Shown here in pieces: positions 1 through 12,735 of a DNA stretch of 64,000 nt (its first letter is position 1; each line of letters begins with the position of its first letter). The stretch lies in NCBI GenBank assembly GCA_951406725.2, contig OX597834.1:18972001-19036000 (forward strand), in the 5' to 3' direction. This stretch comes from Octopus vulgaris. Its lineage: Eukaryota. The position numbers were made by a program, and so were the translations under genes. The notes beneath the pieces are model-generated. The model saw nothing but the letters and a program-made list of their open reading frames with translations. It made no database searches and was not told the origin of the DNA.

Positions 1-359
1 ATTGTTACAGGAACAATAGTTATAAACTAATGTTCATCATTATATTTTTCGTAGCCATAGGCATGTGTTCTTTTAAGTGAGTTAGGTTAGAGCAGGTTGC
101 CGTCACCAGTGAAATTGAATTAGTTTCTGGATAGTTTTGTGGAACATAGCAGAGAAAATGTCTCCAGTGAGAGAGGATGATTGTTACTGGGTTACTATGG
201 AAACTGATGGAGCTCATCAAATATGCATGAGCTCATTGGGAAGTTCGGTTTTCTTGTCAAACTTTTGACAAAACAAATTTTTATTTATAATACATACACG
301 TATACTACATATCTACAGGCACGTATATACATTTGTGCGCACTAACACATAGTACATGC

Positions 360-368
360 ATATATATA

Positions 369-418
<50 letters not shown>

Positions 419-532
419 AACTTATATATATATATACATATACATATATAAACTTATATATATATATACATATATAAACTTATATATATATATATATATA
501 TATATAAAGTTATATATATATATATATATATA
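360..532. repeat. (TA)n-rich compound microsatellite
   Basis: Long TA runs interrupted by a recurring AAACTT/AAAGTT motif. Confidence 0.95.
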
Positions 533-1284
533 TGATTTGCATGAAAATGAAATAAATAATAATAAAATATATGTATATTCAGAAAACTTTCCATTCATTA
601 TTGGCACTTTGCAATAAACCAGAAATCTGGATTAAATAGCAGCAGATATGATAGAAATAGATGATTTAGCTGTTTACCTAATTTGCATAAGTAATATTCC
701 TGGGAACATGAATCAAGTAAAAAATTGACCAACAAGAATTTATACTTTATAGAAAAAGATGAGAATTTTTATTTTTAATTTTCCAATATTGGAAGATACA
801 GTGCAGTATATAAATACTTCAGAAATTGTAGTGAATTTTCCATCCAAGCATGGAGATCATCCCATTAACTGAATTCTTGCAGGAAGGGAAGGTCCCTGAA
901 GATTTAATTCAGTGCAGGAGAAATACATCATGTTTAATCAATAAAGAAATAAATAAAAAAAAAAATTAAGATTGATATCTTAAAAAAAATAATGGAGATA
1001 AGGCTGTCACATGTTTGATAATTTATCAAAATTTTGGAAATGAAAATTTCACTGTTAAATATCCATGCTTTATTTAGTATAACTTCTCACAACAATGAAA
1101 TATTCTGATTTTTCTAGCTTTCTCTCTCTCCTGAACTTGTCTTTATTTTTCCGTTAGATGTTTGCTGAGATAAGTTACACTTGTTGAAATACATATATAT
1201 GTATTATATGATAAAATCAGTTAATAATATTATTATATTAATGGTTTCTGGTTTTGGTTCAAGGCCAGTCAGTAATTTTTCTAG

Positions 1285-1673
1285 GGGTTTTGAGTTCGTC
1301 AACTACATTGACCATAGCATAATAAATGGCTCTTTATTTTAGCAGCCCTGAAATGATAAAAGGCAAAGCTGACATAGCCAAAATTTGAACTAACGATGTT
1401 AAAAACCGGAAGAAATACCTATTTCTTTACTACCCACAAGGGGCTAAACACAGAGAGGACAGACAAGGAGATTAAGTCGATTACATCGACCCCAGTGCGT
1501 AACTGGTGCATAATTTATCGACCCCAGTGCGTAACTGGTACTTATTTAATTGACCCCGAAAGAATGAAATGCAAAGTTGACCTCAGCGGAATTTGAACTC
1601 AGAACATAACGGCAGATGAAATACTGTTAAGCGTTTCGTCCGGCATGCTAACGTTTCTGCCAGCTTGCCGCCT
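1285..1673 (-). mobile_element. SINE family B (MetaSINE-like): young copy 1412-1673 joined to an older degenerate copy 1285-1411
   Basis: Minus strand reads GGCGGCAAGCTGGCAGAAACGTTAGC...GTTCTGAGTTCAAATTCCGCTGAGGTCAACTTTGCATTTCATTCTTTCGGGGTC (Pol III B box plus Meta-like core). Has an internal ~32-bp duplication at ~1486-1550. Confidence 0.9.
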
Positions 1674-1704
1674 TAATAATGTAGTTACAGTGGATAAGAT
1701 GAGA

Positions 1705-1910
1705 CAGCTACAAGTGTTGTTTGCATCCAGATCATCTTTGATTGAGCAAATCTATGATCAAAGATATACTAGTTATGATCAACCTGATTTCTCTCTTGCT
1801 TTTTTGTCTCTTCCAGACAATGTATTTGGGACTACATTATTCAGTATATTTTTTCCTTTTAAAATGCTAAGGTGTGATATAAACGAAATTTGGCAGTTAT
1901 TTCTAAGAGA
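1705..1910 (-). mobile_element. Old dispersed repeat (family J). Related copies at ~18480-18680 (+), 18885-19070, 24960-25020, 58340-58500 and 62860-63040
   Basis: Shared GATTTGGCTGCTATTTCTAGC-like and GATCAAAG..ATTCCAGC motifs across diverged copies. Confidence 0.6.
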
Positions 1911-2558
1911 TCAAATATTTGCAAAGATGCTCCCTCACTGGCTATTTACATCTGTGGCAGACATGGAAGCTGATGTATGGTTATAGCCAACATAGGAGAT
2001 ACTATTGCTAGCTGGCAGTTCTTAGGTTAATTAGAGAAATTACTTAAAACTTTGAATAAATTTTAAATAGCACAATAAAATCAATTATTTGAGCCTTCCT
2101 CCACTGCCATGTTTTTCATGGAACCATAATTCATGGAAATACACTCTTCCTCTGATAATTTCATGTTAATAAAACCAGTAAGATTGACACTTACATTGGC
2201 ATTTAATGGCAATAAAGTCTTTCAACTGTGCACTGTTGATATTTATAACTCCAGAAGGAACATAGAACTTGAGTAAGCCACAGGAATCACAACAGAACTG
2301 CTTAGTTGACAGTTTGATCCTTTACTTTGGAATTGTTGCTGCTGCAGGAACAGAATTATCAATCGCATGAGTTATTCAGGCATACTGTTGATTGACATAG
2401 CTTGCAAATATTTGGATTTTATTGGTGTTGAAGACATGAAAATAAAAGGTTCACCTCTTTCTATCTGAATATGTATTCAATTCCGGAGAGTTTTTCCCTT
2501 TTCCTTTCTTCTCTTGTTTGTTGGAGTAAAGGAGACCGAAGGGGAGAGAGAGATAGAC

Positions 2559-2622
<64 letters not shown>

Positions 2623-3423
2623 GAGGATGGTGGTGTCAACAGAATGCTGTGATTTTTAACAGATTGAATTTAACCTCTTACTTGAGGGGTGTTTTTCTAA
2701 AATAACTAAATGGATCAATGATTGCCAAGCTAAATTCGATATTTTTTTTTCATTATTGAAAGCTGTCATACCCAATACATATGAATTTAATTTATTTTTT
2801 TTATGCAAAGTAGGGTAATATTAGCACTGAAATTGCTAAAGCCAATAAAAAAAAAAGAGAGAAAAACAAATAAAATACTTTAAGAACTAACTATACTTAA
2901 ACATTTATAGTTGAATATCATGAATTAACGAATCTGTATTTTCTGCCAAATTAATCGGTTGTTTACAAAATATCAAAGTTTATTTGAAGAACTGGGTTGT
3001 GGCTAATAGGAGAAGATATTGTTTAAACAACATTCTGAAAACAAAATATGAGGCCAAGTGTCAGTTTTGGTTCCATAGATACATTAGAGCAATGCTTTTT
3101 ATTAACATATTTTCAAAAGATAATTATATTTGCATTATGGTTGATTGAATCAAAGCCAGTAAATTACTCATACTTATTTTATTAAACCCAAAGCGTTGAA
3201 AGGTAATTTTTTATCTCAAGGGGAATTTGAACCTAGAACTTAAACAAATGTAATTTAATACTACCCTAATTCATTTTAATCTGTGAAACTCTTGGTTAAG
3301 TTTGTATTGGGTTTTTCACTATTTATTTCTTATTTTCTTAACATCATGTGTCTATTTGGGTTTGAGTCATAAACTACACTATATTGTTATATTCTTTGAC
3401 AATTTAGCACAACTCTTCTAGAG

Positions 3424-3608
3424 CGGTGTTCTGCAACCTTTTTTCCCTTCTAGTACATTAATATTCTTTTCAAAATTCGGTGGTACACCTGAACTAAAAA
3501 TATAACCAAAAGTATAGGGAAAAAATTATATTCAGGTTACACTATGGCACACCTAGCATCGTCTCGCAACACACCTGTGTGCTGTGGCATATTGGTTGTG
3601 GAGGACTG
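3424..3608. mobile_element. hAT-type MITE
   Basis: Degenerate C(A/G)GTGTTCTGCAACC...GGTTGTGGAGGACTG termini flanked by a perfect 8-bp TSD TTCTAGAG (3416-3423 and 3609-3616). Confidence 0.8.
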
Positions 3609-5007
3609 TTCTAGAGTATCAGTTATGGTTAAAAACTCTAGATCAGAGGTTATTAACCTGGGTAGTTGTGTACCCTTGAGGGCAGTATGAGCTTAAAAGG
3701 GGGTCAGGTGTCAAGAAGATACCATGAGTGAAGGCAATGCTTGTTTAGGGGTGTGTGATTTTTATTTGAAACATAATATTTAAACCACATACAATACTTA
3801 AATTTTAACCCCTTTGATACCAGTGTGATTAAGACCAACTCTGATTCTAAGATAAAGGCTTCCTGCTTAAAGTCTTCTGAAAATTAAAATCTTCACCAAA
3901 ATTTCATGTTCAATTATTTTCCAAACATAAATATGATTAATATCATTAAAGATGATAATATTGTTTTACTAAAATCTTCATTATTTTAAGTCCAAAGCTG
4001 TAGGTTCTAAATATTATGGATGCTATTTTGAGGAATTACGTCTGGATCATTCCAGTGTCTTTAAGTGATTTGTACTTTGCTTCAAATGGAGAAAAACAAA
4101 CCAACACCATGTCTACATTTTTTAAAACACATTAACTTATTGTTCGCTCATAATTTTATCGCAGAGCGTTATATTCATATTTGTGAAAAGATTGTTCAGA
4201 GAGTCATATGGTATTTTCTAACTAATTTATTTTATTTATTTTTTAACAAAATTCCTTTTATGAATTAATAATGGAAGAAATCAATTTCCTTTAACTCTTT
4301 TGTTGTTGCAAAACTGGAATCTTTGTTGTTTCGGGAAGTAAATGGTTTCTCATAGACTGTCATTCTAAATTTCCAGTTGTTTCTTCATAGGAATCTCTTT
4401 GAAAGAGAGAAAAATACTTAATATTTTTCAATTCTAGAATCATTAAAATTTTATTGAACATGTCTTTTGAAAACAGAATCAATAGTTCTTCAAATGAATA
4501 GTTGCTTTTATTTCATATATTTATATATATATTTTTAATATTCTGTCATTAGAAATCACAACTGGATATTTCCTCTTTCTTAGAATTTTCTTTCATCTTG
4601 CTTTTGTACAAAGATGCTAATTATGTTCTTAAATCTGATTAATTCATTAGCAGTTGACCTCTCTTGGCTATTTGGCAGCAATTAGAGTGAGATTTTTTAC
4701 AGTTTTAAGTTGCCTGAATTCATCAAAGTTTTGAATTAACCTTTTATTTCACTTTATTGTCAAGAGAAATTTTTTTCAAGGAATGTAGCACTAATAGACA
4801 TTCAATAATCTTAAGCAGTTTTTTCAGTAAAGTTATACTAATTATTAGTCACCGTGGATATGATTCTAAAATACTTTAGAAAGTTAATGCTTCTTTATGA
4901 CACACTTTGCTGATCTGTATTACTGAATTCATACATAAAAAAAAAAACTCCTGCAAAAAGTGCCTGTGTAAAATGTTACATCCCTAAGTTAAATACATTT
5001 CTATATA

Positions 5008-5410
5008 GGTGCAGGAGTGGCTGTGTGGTAAGTAGCTTGCTAACCAGCCACATGGTTCCGGGTTCAGTCCCACTGCGTGGCATCTTGGGCAAGTGTCTTC
5101 TGCTATTGCCCCAGGCCGACCAATGCCTTGTGAGTGGATTTGGTAGAAGCCTGTCGTATATATGTATATATATATGTGTGTGTGTATGTGTTTGTGTGTC
5201 TGTGTTTGTCCCCCTAGCATTGCTTGACAACCGATGCTGGTGTGTTTACGTCCCCGTCACTTAGCGGTTCGGCAAAAGAGACCGATAGAATAAGTACTGG
5301 GCTTACAAAGAATATGTTCCGGGGTCGATTTGCTTGACTAAAGGCGGTGCTCCAGCATGGCCACAGTCAAATGACTGAAACAAGTAAAAGAGTAAAAATA
5401 GTAAAGAGAG
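5008..5410 (+). mobile_element. tRNA-derived SINE family A, full length
   Basis: A box TGGCTGTGTGG, B box GGTTCAGTCCC, CORE/V-like CTTGGGCAAGTGTCTT, central TA/TG microsatellite and tail CAGTCAAATGACTGAAACAAGTAAAAGAG. More than 10 copies in the window. Confidence 0.95.
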
Positions 5411-5879
5411 AGATATTATTGGTTCACAATCTCTACCTATATTCCAGGATCTAATTTCAGATTCGAGCTTACTGTAGACAATATCTACAACCAGTGCTCT
5501 ATAATTCAAATAATAATGTTCTATTCTTCAACTGGAATCCAGAGGCAAGATCTAGTTAGTAGCTAATACTTACTATTGTGTCACTAATAAGTTATATGAT
5601 TGTTTTCTGTCACTTAAAAGAATTCACAATAATGTAGTTACTTAGATGTAGTTACTTAGGGTGAAATGAGGAAAGTAGAAATTATATTTTGCAGAAGAGG
5701 TATATTCTATAGAGTTTGTATCTTGAAGCCAATCTACCAAAAGTTTGTAAGTAGAACACAAAGAAAGCTTTTTTTCAGTTAATAAAGTATTTTAATCATG
5801 CTAGATTAATCCGTTTCTAACAATGGTATCAAAATTACATGAGTGTTTTTGTGTGTGAACATACATCCATACTTACATG

Positions 5880-5922
<43 letters not shown>

Positions 5923-6309
5923 GTATACACACACACACACACAGATAATATATACATGCATGAATGTACATGCCTTTTATAATTAAATGCATTTATATAC
6001 ATTCATATATATATATATATATGTGCGTGCGTGTGTGTGTGTGTGTATGTATATATATATCGTCATCATCAGCATTTCATAACTGCTTTCCATTCTGGAA
6101 TGAACTGGTTGAACTATATGTATTCTCATCACCCACTCAGAAAAGAGAAAGAGGAGACACATGGCATAAAAAGTCGCTGAAGAGGTCACAGGATGTGTGA
6201 TGAAAGAGCTTGGTCAAAGAAACAAAAATAATAACAATAAAGCTGAAGCAAAGACCAAACATAAAGTGTGTGCGTTTAATTGGCAAAATATTACTATCCC
6301 CAACCATAG

Positions 6310-6542
6310 CCTATTTCTTTACTACCCACAAGGGGCTAAACACTAAGAGGACAAACAAGGACAGACAAACGGATTAAGTCGATTATATCGACCCCAGTAT
6401 GCAACTGGTACTTAATTTATCGACCCCGAAAGGATGAAAGGCAAAGTCGACCTTGGCGGAATTTGAACTCAGAACGTAGTGGCAAACGAAATACTGCTAA
6501 GCATTTCGCCCAGCGTGCTAACATTTCTGCCAGCTCGCCAGC
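6310..6542 (-). mobile_element. SINE family B (MetaSINE-like), full length
   Basis: Near-identical to the copies at 8727, 29822 and 59530. Core GCCTTTCATCCTTTCGGGGTCGATAAATTAAGTACCAG. Confidence 0.95.
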
Positions 6543-6699
6543 CAAACAGATAACTGTTATTTACCTAAACTTACACTCAAATGTCCAAGCCCTCTTCACA
6601 TCTCAAGAGAAAAAAAAAATAATATTAAATAAACCATAAATAGCAAACTACCAGAATTGGGTATAAAATTCAGAGTAGCTTCTTTTGTCAGACTTCATC

Positions 6700-7700
6700 T
6701 CCATACTCCCAGGTATGTGTCCATCCAGGTATCCTCTTATGCCATCAGATGAGGACTGCCCACATCAGACATTACCCAATTCTAGAATTATCTCCGGGAG
6801 GAAGGAAAAAAGAATTCTATAATGCAAATCTTTAAATTCTTAGATGGCTGTGGGCCTACTAACGATGGTTTGCATCTTAGAATCTCAAAGGTTCTATTTA
6901 CAAAACACTTTATAAAACAACAACCCATATTGTTTCTGTCACCAAATTTATCAGTGTTATAATCAAAGACATTTTCAGAAGCTATGCCCAAATCCCCAAT
7001 GGATACATCGGCTCCATCATCTTTGGTAACATCTATTATTTAGCAGCAAAAGTTGCTCTGCGTTATGGGGCTGACTAACATTTTCTTTCACATTCATTTG
7101 AGAGAGGGCAGTTCATTAGGCTGGAATGTAACAGGTCATACAGCACGCTAATTTATTCATCAGATTTTGTTGCTAATCTGGATTACCAATAGCTGAAAAG
7201 TTGGATTGCATCCTTCTTGGTGCTCTTACCATTGTTAATTTGTCTCCTTTAATCAATAACAAATTATTTTTGTTATCATGCAATACAAATACTTTTAAAA
7301 ACATTGATGCACACCAGTTTTCTTCTTGCTTTGAAATAGTTTAAGCTCTCTTGATATGATTTACGTTCTGTCCCCCAGCTTTCATATAAGTTAGTTGCCT
7401 GCCTGACAAATTAGACATTTTAATAAGGGCTTACTTCTCTACTACCACTAATAGCAGTCTCTGTGATTTAGCTTAAATACAGCTCTATTTACTTGTAAGA
7501 CATGGAAGACTGGGATTGCATTCTTCATGCTGTAACTTCTCTTTGCTATGCTTCCTGTATTCTCTCAGAACCTTATTCACTTCTTTGCCTTCTATGGCAA
7601 ATAAATCATCATTCCATGACATTGGAAACGTGCAGTCATTTTACTGGTGACACTTTTCAGGACTCTAAATTCTGCATTGTTTTAGTTAACCTTGTTGTAA
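6700..7700 (-). pseudogene. Highly decayed non-LTR (CR1/Jockey-group-like) reverse transcriptase relic
   Basis: Minus-strand fragments KGDK...EQLLLLNN...DDGADV..DLGIASENV....DKF...IKCFVNRTFEI are colinear with the LINE RT motifs KKGD / TQLL / D.G..VD...LDFSKAFD.V / WIKSFL.NR.F.V. Confidence 0.5.
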
Positions 7701-8657
7701 AAACCGGGTAATAGGCTTTTTGGAGAAAGTTACCTGCAATAGACTTCTGTCTTATCTGAGAGAGATTTGTCTTTGACTCTTTCAATGGAAACAGGACTTC
7801 AAAACTAACCATCTCTATTTCTATGGTAGGGGAAATTAGCTGACAACCAAATCAAATTAAGGAATTTAAATAGATCCATGTTAACTAACTGCCTCATCTG
7901 ACCATCTCAGAAATTCTAGTTTAACGTTGAGTGGCTTTTAAATGTCACAGGAACTTTTAAAAAGCCACTCAAGACTTAAAAGGCATTTTACAGTTGTAAT
8001 TTTTGCATTTTATCTTAACATTATAAACATCTGTGATAGCGCTCTTAGAAAGTGGAGTTCATGGTGAATATAAAATGTGTGGTAATTGTCAGGTGGTACA
8101 TTGATGCATCGAGGTTTGCAGTGTAACAGGTTCAGAAACAGCAAGATGATAACTCATTTAAAATTTATGCAACAATTGAAACAGGTTTACTCCTCTTCTG
8201 ATCTCATTGGCAGCATAAAAGATTTATTGATTTCTTTATTTTCATTGGGTTTCTTTAAATTTGCTGCATATTCCTACTGCTACAGAGATACATGTGCACA
8301 TGCATGCAAACACATGCACGTGCATCCATACATAGACACACACACGGGTAGAATTACACACAATGCATACATAATAAAGTGCATGTGTATTGTGGTTTGC
8401 ATTTGTAACCAGTGTACATGCTTGTGGTAAATCTTCGTAATCCACATTGAAAAGCAATACGATAAGCTCTATCTCTCTCTCTAGTTTCAATCCATCAGCC
8501 TGGATACTTGCATGAAAACATTGTATGAATTTAAACATGTCGTTACCTCAACACATTACCATAATCGTGAATCAAGCATTTCAATATTTTGTAAAGACCG
8601 TATCATACATGCACTAAACCACACGCATATAGATTTTGCTTACAAACAAAAGAAAGA

Positions 8658-9283
8658 GCATGCATGGCTGTGTAGTAAGAAACTTGCTTCCCAACAACAT
8701 GGTTCTGGGTTCAGTCCCACTACGTAATACCTATTTCTTTACTACCCACAAGGGGCTAAACACAGAGGGGACAAACAAGGACAGACAAACGGATTAAGTC
8801 GATTATATCGACCCCGGTGATTTATTGGTACTTATTTAATCGACCACGAAAGGATGAAAGGCAAAGTCAACCTCGGCGGAATTTGAACTCAGAACATAAC
8901 GGCAGACAAAATACCGCTAGGCATTTTGTCCAGTGTGCTAACGTTTCTGCCAGCTCGCCGCCTTAAACTATAGCCTCACACCGACCAAAGCCTTGTGAGC
9001 AGATTTGGTAAACAGAAACTGAAAGTAGCTCATCTCACACACACACACACACACACACACGTATATATGTATATATATAGTGTGTGTGTGTCTTTGTGTT
9101 TGTCCCCTGTCGCCACTTGACAACTGGTGCTGGTTAGTTTACGTCCCCGTGACTTAGCAATTTGGCAAAAGAAACTGATAAAATAAGTACTAGGCTTAAA
9201 GAAAATAAAACTTAGGGTTAATTTGTTTGACTAAAACCCTTCAAGGTGATGCTCCAGCATGACCACAGTCAAATGACTGAAAC
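8658..9283 (+). mobile_element. SINE family A interrupted by a family B insertion
   Basis: Head to ...GTCCCACTACG at 8724, resumes ACTATAGCCTC at ~8967, tail ends GACTGAAACA. Confidence 0.9.
8727..8964 (-). mobile_element. SINE family B nested in SINE A
   Basis: Full family B sequence. Confidence 0.95.
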
Positions 9284-9455
9284 ACCACCTTGAAGAATTT
9301 TAGTCAAGCAAATTGACCCCCTGCACTTATTTTTTAAAGTCTAGTGCATAGTCTGTTAGTCTCTTTTGCTGAGCTGCTAAGTTACAGGGAAGTAATCCCG
9401 TCAGTACTTATTGTCACGCAGTGGTAGGGGACAAAGGCACACACATGCATACATA
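9284..9455 (-). mobile_element. SINE family A 3' half, inverted and abutting the preceding copy
   Basis: CACCACCTTGAAGAATTTTAGTCAAGCAAATTGACCCC...GGGGACAAA is the reverse complement of the family A tail. Confidence 0.8.
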
Positions 9456-9548
9456 CACACAAATGGTTATCCTGCATCTATCTATTCTATATATGTACAT
9501 ACATACATATATTATCAAACAATATATTCGTTTTCCTGAATATCCACA

Positions 9549-9598
<50 letters not shown>

Positions 9599-11132
9599 TG
9601 AAAGTGTTTAATGGCTGAGGTTTCTGTTCACAGGTCTTGCTCTATCCTTTAATGCTGACAGACAAGATAATCGTTTTACCAAGAAGATGTATCATTTTAG
9701 ATGGCAAATTTTCACATTTTCTTGCCAACTTTTCTGGTAATTTAACACTAGGCCTCCACGTCGAGGCGTTCATGTTGATTATTTTCAATTTGTCACATCG
9801 AGAACACACTTTTAATAACGTTTACACGAAAATATCTTTTATGACATAATAAATCCATAGAAAGCATATCAAAACAAATTTGCATTTCACACTTACTCTG
9901 CTTGCCGCAATCCCCCCTACCTCTCTCTCTGTTTCTCTCTGTGTTTCTGTCTGTCTGTCTTTCTGTCAGTCTGCCTCTCTTGCTCACTCGCTTGCACCTG
10001 ATCCTTGACTAATCTGATCCTTTTAGGCATTGTTTCGTTAGCTTTTTCTACGAGGTATAATAAGTCAATTTCACTTGTGCAAATCCTTTCTCCCCAACCT
10101 TCCTTCTTCTCTCATTATTGGCATCTATGCTGTCAACTTAATGGAATTATAGCTTTTCAGATTTATCTTATCATTGCCAATAGTGTCACATGGCCATGCT
10201 CATTTCCTCTCTCACTCCGTTTTTCTCTCTCTTTCATTCATAGACTCATGCATGATCTCTGCAAGCCAGTGTTTTATGACCTCTTAGTTTTCTATTAGGT
10301 TTATTAACTTATTGACATCAATCGCTTCTTAGGTCATTTGACCTTTCTTTCTTCCTTTTAATGATGTCAGAGCAGCAAAGCAGTTTTTCTTTTTTCTTTT
10401 TTCCTTTTTTTATTGAATTTCTTCAAAATACTGAAATAAAGAGAGTGCTAGCATACTTAATCTAGCAAACCATGGGATATTAATTTATTAAAATTATACC
10501 CCTAGTAATGTGAACTAAACATTTAGATAACCAATTCTGATAAAAAAAGGACATGGGGGAAAAGTCTGAAAATTTTAATTAATTAAAAATGGAACCATAT
10601 GGAGGCATCTAGGTGTATATTTCAGTAATATTTGGTTGCTTCCATAATGCATAGACTAACTATTACAGTAGATCTTTAAATGATTTCTGTGGATAAACAC
10701 AGTAATATTAGAAATGAAAAAATTCCTTGGGAACATCTGCTGAAATGAAACTTAATGGTGAGGTGGATACTGGCATACTTGAGTAATAAACCAATAAAGT
10801 TTAACTAATTAAAATCACGCCCTTAGATCTGAAAACAATTGAAGTTCCAAGAAAGTGTTTTGGTTGATTAACGACAAAACACTAGCACCAAAAGTTCTCA
10901 CCTCTTATAAGGTAATTAGTACCCTCTGAAACTACCATCCTCATTTGTCTGTATTTAACAATACAGCTGAAGAAGAATACCTCAGGTGATGTTTTGCCTC
11001 TCCAGGGGTATTTTCTATTTGCAAATACAATAAGGACACAAATGTGTAATACGAAGTGAATGGGGAACAGAGCACAACTAACTGGACGTTGTCATTGAGA
11101 AGAATAAGAATACGTTTTGTAATTGATATAGC

Positions 11133-11297
11133 ATCATCATCATCATCATCATTTAATGTTCGTCTTCGATGCTGGCACGGGTTAGATCATTTGAAAGAAG
11201 CTGGCCAGGTAGAAGACAACACCAGGCTACTGTGTCTGTTTCGGCATGGTTTTTATGGCTGGATGCCCTTCCTAACACCAACCACCCAATAGAGTGG
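11133..11297 (-). mobile_element. Family C SINE-like element, 3' part
   Basis: (CAT)n tail and GGCTGGATGCCCTTCCTAACACCAACCAC motif. Confidence 0.8.
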
Positions 11298-11574
11298 ACA
11301 TTTAAAATCAGAATCAAGGAAAGGGAAAGAGAGATAGAGAAATGTAGAGTATTGAACTTAACAACTAAACAACTAAATTAACAAGAGTGAGATAAGCTAA
11401 TACTAATTTCATGATCGTAATATTAGTATACATTCACATGTTATTGGTTATTGTAATGTTTTAATATAGACATCATCCTCTATAACCTATTATGTTATCA
11501 AAAATATATAACAACCATTGGGGATATATTTAGTGATGTCTGTAATTTCTGGACACCCTATATATATATATATA

Positions 11575-11734
11575 TTTTTTTTCTCTCCTTGTTTTTTCTG
11601 TGTCCCTTTCTGTAGAAGAGCGTAGGCTCGAAACGTAAAAGACTTTTTCTATTCCTGAGCGTTATACTAATACATCTGTTTGTTTTGTACACCACCTGTT
11701 TTCGTCTTTTGTTGTTTTTTTCATAAACTCTCCC
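11575..11734 (+). mobile_element. Family D: ~160-bp element in a (TA)n tract carrying a minimal hammerhead-like motif
   Basis: Homologous copies at 53851 and 55612 and a relative at 35495. Flanked on both sides by TA repeats. Confidence 0.85.
11606..11641 (+). ncRNA. Minimal type I hammerhead ribozyme-like motif (A6U variant)
   Basis: CTTT-CTGTAGA-A-GAGC-GTAG-GCTC-GAAA-CG-TA-AAAG. Stem I is CTTT/AAAG, stem II is GAGC/GCTC, stem III is palindromic ACGT. Confidence 0.65.
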
Positions 11735-11959
11735 TATATATATATGATAGTAACCACATGAACTACGATGAACAAAATATGAGAAAGACATGGTATATAA
11801 TTTTTTTTGTGCAGGGGTTCCCTGAGAGATGTAATTTATTTTAAGGGTTACACAAGGGTAAAAAGGTTTGAGAAACACTCACCTAGACTATAGGATGCAG
11901 TTCAACAGGAAGTATAATTAAGCTGGTTACAGTATAGTACCATGTAACAGCAAAATAAT

Positions 11960-11994
<35 letters not shown>

Positions 11995-11995
<1 letters not shown>

Positions 11996-12680
11996 CCTTT
12001 CTACAATAGGCATATGGCTTGAAATTTTTTGGGACGGGGTGTAGTCGATTACACCGACCCCATTACTCAACTAGTGTTTATTTCATTGACCCCAAAATGA
12101 TGAAAGGTAAAGTCAACCACACTGGCATTTGAACTCAGAACATAGAGACAAACAAAATGCTGTTAAGCAATTTATTTGGCACTGCTTTAATAATAATAAT
12201 AATAATAGTAATAATTATAATGATGATGATTGTTTCTGATATTGCCACAGGATACTGACCTGATGTTGGCACATAATAATAATAATAATAATAATAATTT
12301 TTCAAATTTTGCCACAAGGCCAGCAATTTCAGTGAGTGGGTAAGTCAATGCATTGATCCCAGAACTCAGCTGGCACTTATTTTAAGGGATGAAAAGTAAA
12401 GTTGACCTTAGCAGAATTTGAACTCAGAACGTAAAGACAAATGAAATGCTGCTAAGTATTTTGCCTGGCCTACTAATAATTCTACCAGTTTTCTACTTTA
12501 AGAATAGTAATAATAATTGTTTCTGATATTGGCTTTAGATATTGACTTCAGTACTTGACTAGTATTTTATTTTATTGACCTTGGAGGTCAATGAGGTAAA
12601 GTTGACTTGGCAGGATTTGAACTCAGAAAATAAAGAGCTAGAAGAAATACTCCAAAGCTTGATGATCTAACAATTCTGCT
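11995..12680 (-). mobile_element. Three degenerate family B-like SINEs separated by (AAT)n tracts
   Basis: Three repeats of GATGAAA(G/A)GTAAAGT..AC...ATTTGAACTCAGAA. Confidence 0.75.
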
Positions 12681-12735
12681 ATCCACCACATTTCATAACA
12701 ATTATAATAATGGGGATGAAATTTTCCAAAAGTAT

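Noticed and set aside
5008-5085. tRNA-like sequences at SINE heads
   Set aside because: They have A and B boxes but no complete cloverleaf and continue into SINE bodies, so they are not tRNA genes
4976-5264. Recurrent ORFs such as MLGGQTQTHKH...PRSGTEPGTMWL
   Set aside because: They are antisense read-through of SINE family A and recur only because the SINE does
5542-5566. AGGCAAGAT, resembling the miR-31 5' end
   Set aside because: Only a 9-nt match and no complementary arm
6173-6216. CTGAAGA-G-GTCACA...TGTGAT-GAAA hammerhead-like core
   Set aside because: No stem I partner and no clear NUH site
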